Source: an uncultured virus (IMG/VR IMGVR_UViG_2061766007_000813) (taxonomy: Duplodnaviria > Heunggongvirae > Uroviricota > Caudoviricetes). Taken from it: DNA of 64,000 nucleotides. The notes beneath the pieces are model-generated. The model saw nothing but the letters and a program-made list of their open reading frames with translations, made no database searches and was not told the origin of the DNA. How positions within the stretch are numbered: position 1 is the stretch's first letter; each line of letters begins with the position of its first letter. Below, in pieces: positions 39,376 to 48,663 of the stretch. Location of the stretch: IMG/VR virus record IMGVR_UViG_2061766007_000813. One strand, 5' to 3'. The translations under genes and the position numbers were made by a program.

Positions 39376-40098
39376 TCACAAATCAATCCAGACGACATTT
39401 TCATCAATGGCGGAGCTGACGGAATAGGCGACCGTGGCACCAGACTCCCCCGCTTCCTTGACGACCCATGCCCCGCTTGTCTCGCTGTCAACGGCATACT
39501 TCCTGTCATAAAACAGGAGGAATTCTGGCTCGTTCGACACGGTGTAAGACGTATAGGTACGGGTGGTTCCGATTTTATTCGGCTCGTTGACGATGAAAAT
39601 CGTCCCAGACGAGACGGTACCGTTGATGTCCNNNNNNNNNNNNNNNNNNNNNNNNNNGTATTCGGTTGCTGATTCAAACGAGGACTGCAAAATGCAGTTG
39701 CTCTGCTCATCGTCCATATAGAACTTGGAGCAGAAGTCCTTGAATTTCGATTCTATGACCGCAATACCGCCTGCGTATGCGAAACTTCCCCCAGACGTTG
39801 CATATGCAAACACATCGTTCGCCTTGACATGCAACTGAATCGTATTGTCGTGGTAGTTGATTCCCCCATTGGTCAGGCAGTCAACACTGCCACACAAATC
39901 CTTTTGAAGACGGTCTTGGACATAATCCCTGTTGGTCACAACAGCCCTGTATTCATCGACATAGGCTGACGCAGCACTCTGATAAACCGTGATGGACTGC
40001 TCCAGCTTCTCCTGTGTGACCGTCTTGACATTCACATTGATATTCGGCACATTCGGTGTCTTGTATGACACGACATAATTCGACGCATTGATTGACAT
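39376..40098 (-). CDS. Hypothetical protein (N-gap 39632-39657; frame across the gap uncertain)
   Basis: ~240-aa ORF with AGGAG upstream. Confidence 0.55.
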   Translation of the reverse strand: MSINASNYVVSYKTPNVPNINVNVKTVTQEKLEQSITVYQSAASAYVDEYRAVVTNRDYVQDRLQKDLCGSVDCLTNGGINYHDNTIQLHVKANDVFAYATSGGSFAYAGGIAVIESKFKDFCSKFYMDDEQSNCILQSSFESATEYXXXXXXXXXDINGTVSSGTIFIVNEPNKIGTTRTYTSYTVSNEPEFLLFYDRKYAVDSETSGAWVVKEAGESGATVAYSVSSAIDENVVWIDL

Positions 40099-40101
40099 GG
40101 C

Positions 40102-41595
40102 TTATTTCTCCTGACTGTCTTCTTTTCTCTTTACTATATAATAATCGTCCTCCCGTTTCCTGTTGAACCAGCTTCCGTTCGACTTGACAGCCTCAATCCC
40201 GTCGATTTTCGTCCAATCGACCTTCTCATCGACAGATATGACGCAAGTCCCGTCGTCCGAAAGGGAGTCAAGCATATTATACACCATAGGCTTGAAAAAA
40301 GAATCATGCCAGTCTTTCTTTCCCTTGCATTTCACGTCGGACTGGAACGGGTCGTCCGAATAATGTTCTTCATTCCAATACGGAGGACAAGTGAAGGCGA
40401 GGTCGGCTTTCCTTCCATTCAGTACCTTCTCCACGCAATCCCTGTCCGACGAATCCCCATAATATATCTCCGCGTCGTATTTCATATATTCCGCGAGCGA
40501 CTTCAATTCCTCCACAAGAGCTTTGTTCGCGTCTATCGCCACGTACTTCATCCCAAGAAGGTAGGCTCCAAGCATCCTGCCTCCCCATCCCGCGCACGGG
40601 TCGAAGAAAATCCCGCCCTGCTTCGCGAACGGCTTGCAATGGATGTACACCATGCTCTGATTCAGGTTGGAAACCGTCCGAAACGAATGCTTGAACTTGA
40701 GGTTCGCCATGATTCGGTTGTGGTGATATCTCCCCTTCCCCTTCTTCAACTCATAATCCGTCACCTGACGCATCAGAGGCACGTCATTCCACAAATCACG
40801 AAGCGACTTGTGGTGGCTTGTCTTGGAATACGCATCCATCCTCGTCCTGATGAAGTTGTTGAGCAGGACATTGCCGATGAAACAGGGCTGGTGGATGAAA
40901 TCGTCATGATTCAATGTCTTGAACACCTCGAAATCCTCTTCCATCGAATTCATGTCCAGCAACGGCTCCTGAGACTGGAACTTCGCCACGATTTCGTCAA
41001 GGACGGGTTCACGGTTCTCCAATTCGGAATAATGCTGTGGAGAATTGAGGCACCATATCGCATCGTCGCTCAGCCTGCCAGAATGGTCTAGCAGGCGGTA
41101 AGGCATCTCGTGGCATCCACGGAATTCGTTGACGAAAGCCATCGTCCTGCGGAGGCATCCCTCGTAGTCGGACTCAAGCTCGTGGGCAAACAGGATAAGC
41201 ACACGCTGACCGCCATTGGAATACGCGGTCTCGATTTCCTTCAATTCTTCTTCTGGGAAGAGCGTCGTCTGCTCGACGACAACAATGTACCACCCGTGCT
41301 CCCGCCAGAACGGATTGTAGTAAGCCAATCCGTTTTCGCAATTCCAGATGGACTTGTCCAGTCTCTCCATCTGCTTCCCGTCATTTAATACAAATGTCGG
41401 CATGTGCGGATACGTTTCCGTCTTCCCAAAGTACCCGTTGCAAATGTCCTCGTGAAATTTCGCGACAATCGCACTGTTTTCATACTTCACAGGGCATTCC
41501 CACCACTTGTCCGTGTGGAACCTGTCCTGAAGCAATTTCGGAAACACCACGAAATCAGGCGTATCCTGATTGAGTCTTTCAGCAATTTCCATCAT
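40102..41595 (-). CDS. DNA amino-methyltransferase (alpha-like motif order) with an N-terminal extension
   Basis: FDPCAGWGGR and FTCPPYW; start MMEIAER overlaps the GT stop (ATGA). Confidence 0.75.
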   Translation of the reverse strand: MMEIAERLNQDTPDFVVFPKLLQDRFHTDKWWECPVKYENSAIVAKFHEDICNGYFGKTETYPHMPTFVLNDGKQMERLDKSIWNCENGLAYYNPFWREHGWYIVVVEQTTLFPEEELKEIETAYSNGGQRVLILFAHELESDYEGCLRRTMAFVNEFRGCHEMPYRLLDHSGRLSDDAIWCLNSPQHYSELENREPVLDEIVAKFQSQEPLLDMNSMEEDFEVFKTLNHDDFIHQPCFIGNVLLNNFIRTRMDAYSKTSHHKSLRDLWNDVPLMRQVTDYELKKGKGRYHHNRIMANLKFKHSFRTVSNLNQSMVYIHCKPFAKQGGIFFDPCAGWGGRMLGAYLLGMKYVAIDANKALVEELKSLAEYMKYDAEIYYGDSSDRDCVEKVLNGRKADLAFTCPPYWNEEHYSDDPFQSDVKCKGKKDWHDSFFKPMVYNMLDSLSDDGTCVISVDEKVDWTKIDGIEAVKSNGSWFNRKREDDYYIVKRKEDSQEK

Positions 41596-42506
41596 ATGCC
41601 CCTGTACTTGAATTTCAAGACGTTCCTCGCAATATTCATCGCATCGGCAATATCCTGACACGGAAGCAAAGGCACGGTCTCGAACAAATCCAAAGGCTCG
41701 CAGGCATCGGCTATCCTTTCAATGTATTCGTCAAGACCAAGCTGTTGCAACACCATGATGTTCGTCTTGTACTGCAACATCCTCATCTCCATCAACTCCT
41801 TCCACCATTTCAACGTGACGGAGTATTTAGTCGTTCCGAAATACCCGATTCCGAAATGATAGATGTATCCTTCGCTGGTATCGGGTCTGACATATGAATG
41901 AGACACGGCATATATAATCATCGTCATGAATACGTCGTCCAGCATAATCTTCTTCGGAATGTTCGACAGCCTGATAGACTTGAAAATACTCGTCCTTATC
42001 ACCTTTCCCGTGATGTACCACGGAATCTGGCTGGAAAAGAATGCATCGAGGCAATGAGGCACGTCCAGATACTCGCACGGAGGTTCGAGATTGGCACTGA
42101 ACACAGACAAATCTTCCTTATTGTGGTCCACCCTCAGTTGTGGCATACATACAATATCATATGAATGCAAGGAAAGCCAATGCTTAGCCGTTTCGATGAA
42201 ACGCGGAGTCAATTCATCGTCCGCGTCGCATCTCACCACGTAGTCGCATGTCACCCTGTCCAGCCCCTCAAACGTCGCATGGTACGCGCCGACATTCTCG
42301 TTCAATTCCACAAAAATCGCCTCTGGACAGAGTTCCTTCGCCTTCATCAGCGAAATGTCGTCACTGCAATCATCCACAATCACTATCTGGTCTGGCTTCA
42401 CGGTCTGGCTGTGCAACGACGCAATCGTGTATTCAATGGTTTTGGACGCATTGTGCATCGGTATCAAGACCGCGACGGTCGGCGTATTGTCTTTCTTCTT
42501 GTTCAT
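41592..42506 (-). CDS. Glycosyltransferase family 2
   Basis: VLIPMHNA, IVIVDDCSDD, NVG and CDADD (DxD). Confidence 0.85.
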   Translation of the reverse strand: MNKKKDNTPTVAVLIPMHNASKTIEYTIASLHSQTVKPDQIVIVDDCSDDISLMKAKELCPEAIFVELNENVGAYHATFEGLDRVTCDYVVRCDADDELTPRFIETAKHWLSLHSYDIVCMPQLRVDHNKEDLSVFSANLEPPCEYLDVPHCLDAFFSSQIPWYITGKVIRTSIFKSIRLSNIPKKIMLDDVFMTMIIYAVSHSYVRPDTSEGYIYHFGIGYFGTTKYSVTLKWWKELMEMRMLQYKTNIMVLQQLGLDEYIERIADACEPLDLFETVPLLPCQDIADAMNIARNVLKFKYRGI

Positions 42507-42523
42507 AATACATTTCCTTTGCT

Positions 42524-42565
42524 AAAAAAACGAGAACCCCATGTTTTAATATGGCATGGGGTTCC
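42524..42565 (-). terminator. Second hairpin plus U-tract upstream of the GT gene
   Basis: GAACCCCATG-CCATATTAAAA-CATGGGGTTC-TCG-TTTTTTT. Confidence 0.55.
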
Positions 42566-42566
42566 G

Positions 42567-42606
42567 AAAAAGAAAGCCCCCGTTGAAAGAGCTTCAACGG
42601 GGGCTT
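42567..42606 (-). terminator. Strong intrinsic terminator after the major capsid gene
   Basis: aagcccccgttgaa-agagc-ttcaacgggggctt with a U-rich tail. Confidence 0.8.
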
Positions 42607-42639
42607 CGGAGGTGCGCTTATGATTCTATTTTCTCAACA

Positions 42640-43613
42640 TTAGGCGCGGGTGATTTTCATCCTTACGATAGCATAAGGATTGAAAATACCAACACCGAGT
42701 TGCTCAAACATCGAGAAACCAATCAGACGGCTCTTCGGCGTATCGGCGGAGAGAATCGTCAGGTCGGTACGCACAGGCATACGACCGAAGAATTCAGGTT
42801 CACCGCAGATGTACACCGTGCCTTCGGGCACCATACGGCTCGTGATGATGGTGGCGTTCCAAACACCAGAGCGGATACCAGTCTTCAGCAACTGAGCCTG
42901 GGAGTCAGGGTCGAGAACGTCGCGGTCCCACTTACGGAGGTCGCTGTAGTCACGGGCGTTGCAGAAAATCGTCGCAACACGGATGTCGGAACGTTCGATA
43001 GCCGCGAAACCGTCAGCAAGAGCAGCCGCCGTCAGGTTGCCCGTGATGGCGATGTCCTGGTTAGGAGCGGTCGGGTCGTCGCAGACGGCATCCATCGTGG
43101 CGAAGATTTTGCGGTCTTCTTCAGCCATGATTTCGGCAGAACCGAGGTCAACAGCACGTTCGATGAGGTCGAAACGGCGGGCTTTGATTTCGGTCAGCGG
43201 GATTTCAGGATTCGCAGCGATTTCAAAGAGCGGGAACATCACACGTTTCGGCTTNNNNNNNNNNCAGCACGTTCGATGAGGTCGAAACGGCGAGCCTTGA
43301 TTTCGGTCAGATGAATCTCAGGATTCGCAGCGATTTCAAAGAGCGGGAACATCACACGTTTCGGCTTGACGACCGAGATGATGTTGTCGCCTTCTTCACC
43401 GATGACGTATGCAGCAACGTCTGCATCCTTGTCATAGATAGGAAGGGCACCGTCAGGGAGCTGTTCGACGTAGAAGGCGCGACGACCAACGGACTGGTAG
43501 TCACGGCGTTTACGCAGAGGCTGAATCATGGAAGCCGCGATTTTCTGACGACCAGCGGCAGTTTTGATGTGCTTCGACAAGATAGCGTATTTTTCTTCAA
43601 GTGTCATTGCCAT
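42640..43613 (-). CDS. Major capsid protein (~286 aa after removing the scaffold-overlap duplication)
   Basis: GRQKIAASMIQPLRKRRDYQSVGRR...LPDGALPIYDKD...PLFEIAANPEI...GIFNPYAIV. From memory this resembles the short Bacillus phage G gp27-type capsid protein. It has strongly biased codons, a strong terminator and follows a decoration-sized gene. Confidence 0.85.
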
Positions 43614-43674
43614 AATTAATTCTCCTTATAGCTTTTGTTGTTCTTAGTTCTTATCTTCGCGTGAAGACTTCAAA

Positions 43675-44166
43675 TTAAATCATCATTTCGAGACCGAGGA
43701 ACGGGTCGGAAGCCGTCGGGAGCTTGGTGACGATACCGATAACGGTGTCGTTTTCGCCAGCGGTCTTGGTCAGATAACCATTCGCGGAAGCATAGAGCTT
43801 GTCGCCGATTTCGAATTCTTCGTCTTCGTAGATGTCAACTTCGACGGAAGCCAACTTCTGAGCGATGGCGATTTTGTTGGACGCAACGGCAGGAGCGTTG
43901 TCGAACGGGTTGCCGAAGGCGTTGTTGACGAACAGACCGATAGGCTGGTTGCTACCATCGGCAGGAACGACCGTGTAGGAGGAACCTTCCTTCAGGGCAG
44001 CGACGGTGCCACCGAGCACGCCGATAGGGGCGACTTCGACATCGGCAGCGATGTTCGGATAAACCTTGTTCGCTTTGACGAGGGCGGTGTTGTCCTTCGT
44101 GAAGCAGGTCTTGTCCAGTTCATAGAGAGAGTTGAAAGTAGTGCGGTTTTTCAAAATGAGAGCCAT
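43675..44166 (-). CDS. Capsid decoration (cement) protein
   Basis: 163 aa directly upstream of the capsid gene; PIGLF, GDKLYASANGYLT and VIGIVTK. Confidence 0.75.
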   Translation of the reverse strand: MALILKNRTTFNSLYELDKTCFTKDNTALVKANKVYPNIAADVEVAPIGVLGGTVAALKEGSSYTVVPADGSNQPIGLFVNNAFGNPFDNAPAVASNKIAIAQKLASVEVDIYEDEEFEIGDKLYASANGYLTKTAGENDTVIGIVTKLPTASDPFLGLEMMI

Positions 44167-44215
44167 CTTCTTTTCTCCTTTTTTGAGTTTGTGTTTTTCT
44201 CTTTTCCTTTATTGA

Positions 44216-45102
44216 TTAGCGAACGTCTGGGCGTTCCCACTTGTCCCAGATGCCAGCGAGGTCGTCAGCCGTCTTGGAGGCGACACGCACGAGCGTGGGC
44301 TGTCCAGCCAGCTTCTTAACGCCAGACTTCTTGGAAGCGGTGGTAGGCTCAGCAGGAGGAACAGCTTCTTCTTCCTCGTCCGCTGCGAAACATGCTGAAA
44401 TGTCGTCGTCCGCGCTGGTGTCAGCGTCGTCGGCAACTTCGTCGTCGAGCGAGATGTCGCCCGTGTCAATCAGGTCGTCGGAAACTTCGATGTCGGCAGG
44501 TTCTTCCGTGTCGGCAGGGGCTTCGGCAGGGGCTTCGGCAGGAGCTTCAGGAGCAACAGGTGCTTCTTCGGCAGGNNNNNNNNNNNNNNNNNNNNNNNNN
44601 NNNNNNNNNNNNNNNNNNNNNNNNNNNNNNNNNNNNNNNNNNNNNNNNNNNNNNNNNNNNNNNNNNNGCAAGCGGTCTGCTCGTCGTCGCAGTTGTCGCC
44701 ATTGCATTCAGCCCAGCGGTTGATGGAGGCGGTCAGAGCCTTGTCGCCCATGCGCATGAAAGCGCGAGCCTGCTTTTCAAGAATGTCCTCTGGGGCATCT
44801 TCACCGAGCATAATCATGGCGAGCTTGGTGGCTTTCTTGGCAGCCATGTAAACTTTCGCCATCTTCGGAATGCCGAAGCCAGTCTCGTCGTGCTTGTCTT
44901 CCTTCCACTCATGGCGCATGTCAGGCTCCCAGTGGTTCAGGGAAGGTTCAAACGTATGATATTCGTCAAGTTTACGATACGGACGGTTTTTGCCGAGGTC
45001 GATAGGGGTCTCAGGCGTGGCGGAATCGGCTTGACGATTACNNNNNNNNNNNNNNNNNNNNNNNNNNNNNNNNNNNNNNNNNNNNNNNNNNNNCTTATTC
45101 AT
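44216..45102 (-). CDS. Scaffold-like head assembly protein (two N-gaps)
   Basis: ATG 45102 overlaps the end of the upstream gene; acidic Ala/Pro/Glu linker; C-terminus DDLAGIWDKWERPDVR; position upstream of decoration/capsid genes. Confidence 0.6.
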
Positions 45103-45793
45103 TGTTGGCTTTGATGCTTGCTTCAATTCTGTCGGACAACTGGTCGATACGGAAAGCCATGCGCTTCATGCCACGTTTCTCAAGGGCGTTGGCAACGCGG
45201 TCGAGACGGGCTGTGATTTTGGCGACGTATTCGCTGTCGGTGTTCTGACCGAAAACTTCCTTGTCTGTGTCGCAGTCAATCTTGGTGTCGGGGAGTCCGC
45301 TAACGGAGGGGTCGCCACCGTGGGCTTCATCGCCGATTTTGTCTTCAATACCAGGCTTGACTTCGGAAGCCGTCTTTTCAGAGGCGACCGCAGGCTCGGC
45401 TGGCGCAGGGGCTTCAGCAGGAGCAGGGGCTTCAGCAGAAGCTTCGCATGTGCAAGGAGCATTGCCACATTCAGGGCATTCTTCACCAGCTTCGCATGCG
45501 TCAAGCTGTTTTTCAAGCTCGTCGGCTTCAGCAAGAATCTGGTCGGCTTCGTCTTCCTCGCTAATGACATCCTTTTCATCAGGAAGCTCGGCTTCGGCAA
45601 TCATGGATTCAGCCTCTGCGATGAGGTCGTCAATATTGCCATCGTCCTCGCCTTCGACAATCGGAACCGTGTCTTCGGCAGCGGGGGCTTGTTCAACGTC
45701 TTCGTTGATGTCGAGTTCGTCAGCCAATTGCTCGGCAAGTTCCTCGATAGCGATAACGTCTTCGCTCGCGAATTTGCAATTTTTCTTTTCCAT
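45095..45793 (-). CDS. Acidic head-core/scaffold-like protein
   Basis: 232 aa, very acidic, with the C-terminal helix YVAKITARLDRVANALEKRG. Confidence 0.6.
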   Translation of the reverse strand: MEKKNCKFASEDVIAIEELAEQLADELDINEDVEQAPAAEDTVPIVEGEDDGNIDDLIAEAESMIAEAELPDEKDVISEEDEADQILAEADELEKQLDACEAGEECPECGNAPCTCEASAEAPAPAEAPAPAEPAVASEKTASEVKPGIEDKIGDEAHGGDPSVSGLPDTKIDCDTDKEVFGQNTDSEYVAKITARLDRVANALEKRGMKRMAFRIDQLSDRIEASIKANNE

Positions 45794-46025
45794 TTTTCTT
45801 TTTTCCTTCTTTTATTGTTGCACTCAATAACGGTGAGTTTTAAAATCAAGTGAACAAGTGAAAAATCATTGTATATTATATGGGGAATAATATAAGTTAA
45901 AACTGATTTTAATTTTATTCACAAGACTGAAACTCAGCCCATTTTACCAGAAAATACGCACAATTTGCATATTTTTCACATCTATTCATATTATACCAAA
46001 AAACACGGGGTCGTTCTGCAAGAAA

Positions 46026-46553
46026 CTAATCCAGAATCATGCGTTCCTTCTTCTTCAAAGGCTTTCCGCAACATGGACAGAGTGGCACTTTTTGTTCCTT
46101 TTTTTCCTTTTCGGCTTCTGGCTTTTGTTCCTTCTGGCTTTTCTTTTCATTTTTTTCAATAATCTTCTCCACCTTGGAGGACATGTCCTCGTCAAAGCCC
46201 CACCAGTCGGCTCCCTTCTCGGCGAACCACTTGTCGGCGGATTTGTCCACCCACGCGGACATTTCATTTAATCTGTTGTCGATGACCTCCATGCCGTCGT
46301 TTTCCTTCCAGTCCAGAAGCACGCAGTCGCACTCCGTCCAGCCCATCTTCCTCATCGCCATCAGACGACCGTTCCCGATTTTGACCGTCATCGTGTTCTT
46401 GTCAACGATGAGTGGCTTGAACTGCCCGAATATAGTAAGAGAGCGCACAATGAGGTCGATTTCGGATTCCTTATGACCCCTCAAGTTGGCAAGGTCAAGC
46501 TTCAAATCATTCAGCTTGACCTTCGTGATTTCTATATCCTTCTTGTCTTTCAT
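46026..46553 (-). CDS. ParB-like N-terminal domain protein
   Basis: NLRGH...SLTIFGQFKPLIVD...IGNGRLMAMRKMG...DNRLNE; C-terminal CPCCG. Confidence 0.75.
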   Translation of the reverse strand: MKDKKDIEITKVKLNDLKLDLANLRGHKESEIDLIVRSLTIFGQFKPLIVDKNTMTVKIGNGRLMAMRKMGWTECDCVLLDWKENDGMEVIDNRLNEMSAWVDKSADKWFAEKGADWWGFDEDMSSKVEKIIEKNEKKSQKEQKPEAEKEKKEQKVPLCPCCGKPLKKKERMILD

Positions 46554-47237
46554 TTACAAAACCGTAGATGTATCCTTGTCAAAAAACTTGCTTTTCATGA
46601 AAGCAATGCATTCAGACGGCGTATCAAACCACTCATTGTCAGTCTGCGTATCGTCGCCGACGGCGAAAGTCTTGCTGTAATTCATGATTTTCTTTCCTGT
46701 CGGAATCGTGACAGACACGACAAAGGCATGTTTTTTCAAGCCTGTCACAAACACTTTTCCATTTTCTTCCTTGACCTTGATAAAACCAGAGCAGAAACTG
46801 ACACGACAGCATTTCAATGGATTGTCATTCATCGTAATGACGAAATTCCACGAGCAATTTGCATTGAAATTGTTCTCGACATGGTACATCCTAGGATTAA
46901 CCAATTTGTTAATGTACTTGGAAAGTTTTTCAAGCGTCTCCTTCCGATACGTATCGATTGCCTCATTCATCTTCCTGACGCTTTCCTCACGGCGTTCCTT
47001 CTCGGTCTTGCCCCTGATGCTTTGCAAGATGCTCATGAATGTGTTCTTCAAGTCATCGACAAGGGCGAAATTGCCCTTGGAATCCCAGAGCCTCAAGGCG
47101 ACTCTAGACACAGACGCATTCTTCACATCCTCCTGCGGTTGCTCGTCGTTGAAATCGAAAATCTCAATTTTGTCCTCGGCGACAAGCTCCTTGGCAATTC
47201 TGACCAGTTCTTTAGCAATCCTTACATTATTTTCCAT
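46554..47237 (-). CDS. Tagged hypothetical protein
   Basis: MENNVRIAKELVRIAKELVAED. Confidence 0.7.
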   Translation of the reverse strand: MENNVRIAKELVRIAKELVAEDKIEIFDFNDEQPQEDVKNASVSRVALRLWDSKGNFALVDDLKNTFMSILQSIRGKTEKERREESVRKMNEAIDTYRKETLEKLSKYINKLVNPRMYHVENNFNANCSWNFVITMNDNPLKCCRVSFCSGFIKVKEENGKVFVTGLKKHAFVVSVTIPTGKKIMNYSKTFAVGDDTQTDNEWFDTPSECIAFMKSKFFDKDTSTVL

Positions 47238-47249
47238 GCTTATTCCTTT

Positions 47250-47609
47250 TCATTGAATACCGTCAATGAGCTTGCAGATTTCATCCACCCGTTCCTCGTC
47301 CGAATACGACGCATCCTTTGGAACGTCGAAATCGAACTTGCAGAAAAACGCCGTCTTCAATGTCGAGTAATAAACGACTGGCTTTTCATTCACCAGCACA
47401 CTTCTCCTCGCCTGCCTGAACACGTCGAAATATCTCTGGAATTCCTTCTCGACCGCTAGGAATTCATACTGCGTCACGAATTCGGTGTCGTCAGGAGCGC
47501 ACCACAGCTCTCCGACTATATGACCGCCTTCAATGCACATCCGCTGGCACGCCACCGTCTTGCTGGCGATGACACGCTTCGCGATTTTCTCTATTCTTTC
47601 ATTTTTCAC
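47250..47609 (-). CDS. Tagged (short form) hypothetical protein
   Basis: MKNERIEKIAKRVIASKTVAC, GTG start with GGAG SD. Confidence 0.65.
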   Translation of the reverse strand: MKNERIEKIAKRVIASKTVACQRMCIEGGHIVGELWCAPDDTEFVTQYEFLAVEKEFQRYFDVFRQARRSVLVNEKPVVYYSTLKTAFFCKFDFDVPKDASYSDEERVDEICKLIDGIQ

Positions 47610-47620
47610 AATTCAGACTC

Positions 47621-48614
47621 CTACCGACCGTAGTTCATGCACCACACTTGGAATTCCTGCAACATTCTGGCGCACTTCCAATTGTAGATGTCGTATTTAT
47701 CCTGCAAGGCGCGTATCTCGTCATTGCCGAAATCCTTGGACACGCCATTGCTTCTGGCTTCAGCCATCAGCCTTCTCTTGGCTGATTCGATATCCCTCTT
47801 CATGGCATCCGCATTCGTGTTCATGTATCCGATTTTAATGAGTTCCTTGGCGATACGGGCAAGCTCCTGTCCAAGCTCCTTGTTGGAAGCCTCATGGCTG
47901 GTCGAAGCAAACAGGTTCTTCTGCTGGCTCAATCTCATCGCCTTCTTTGTCTTCTCGGAAAGGTCGTCTTCCGAAATCCTGATACCGCACTTGGTGCAGA
48001 CGAAATCCGACTTCGCGTGCTGTCCGTCGTAGGACACGGCGATTTCACCACCGCATTTCTTGCATATCGCCTTGATGCCGTTGTCGGTGTCTGGCGAAAG
48101 ATGCGTCTCGGAAAATTTGGAGTATGTCCCGTCTTCGGATTCATCAGACTTGTCTTTGGCGGACGCAGTGATTGCACCCTTGTGCCAGTTCGCGTTGTCA
48201 AGTGGCTTATCTCCGAGCGAACGGCGGGTCAGCACCTTGGACGGTATCGACTNNNNNNNNNNNNCGTTAGCGTCTTCCTTATATTCCCATCCGCTCTCGA
48301 TGCTACCGTCTTCAAGGACGACATAGAATCCATATTCCTTCCTGTCGATTTTTCTTGCAGAAGCCGTGCGCTTCTTCAACGTCTCGGAATTGACGATTTC
48401 AGAATTGACATGCATCAGGTCTTCTGGCTGGAACTGGCGGGTCACACCGTTGAAGTCGCAGAAAATCTTGCGTGCAACCGTGTCGATGTCCGTAACCGTG
48501 CCGTACACGACCAAGCCATGANNNNNNNNNNNNNNNNNNNNNNNNNNNNNNNNCGAAAATCTTGAACTGCTTGTTCTTCGCGTTGTTGATTCTTTCTTCG
48601 TATTCTTTCAACAT
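47621..48614 (-). CDS. Multidomain head-region protein (SH3-like, Zn ribbon, internal tag); two N-gaps
   Basis: MLKEYEER [gap] YGTVTDID...; CKKCG...CTKCG; ELGQELARIAKELIKIG. Confidence 0.6.
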
Positions 48615-48663
48615 ATCGTCATTCTCCTATATGAAATTGTATACCTTATTATATTATACATGA

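Noticed and set aside
39183..39710. 175-aa minus-strand ORF
   Set aside because: It overlaps another ORF, spans an N-gap and runs through a terminator and the leader region, so it is likely spurious.
43152..43367. Apparent split or frameshifted major capsid gene with a ~103-bp tandem duplication
   Set aside because: The two copies flank a 10-N scaffold gap and differ at a few bases (PEIPL vs PEIHL). Removing one copy plus the Ns restores a single 286-aa frame, so this is most likely an unmerged contig overlap from strain variants.
10986..48614. Apparent frameshifts or pseudogenes at 11060, 32404, 35690, 44576 and 48522
   Set aside because: Each break coincides with an N-run of estimated length; there is no evidence of real disruption or programmed frameshifting.
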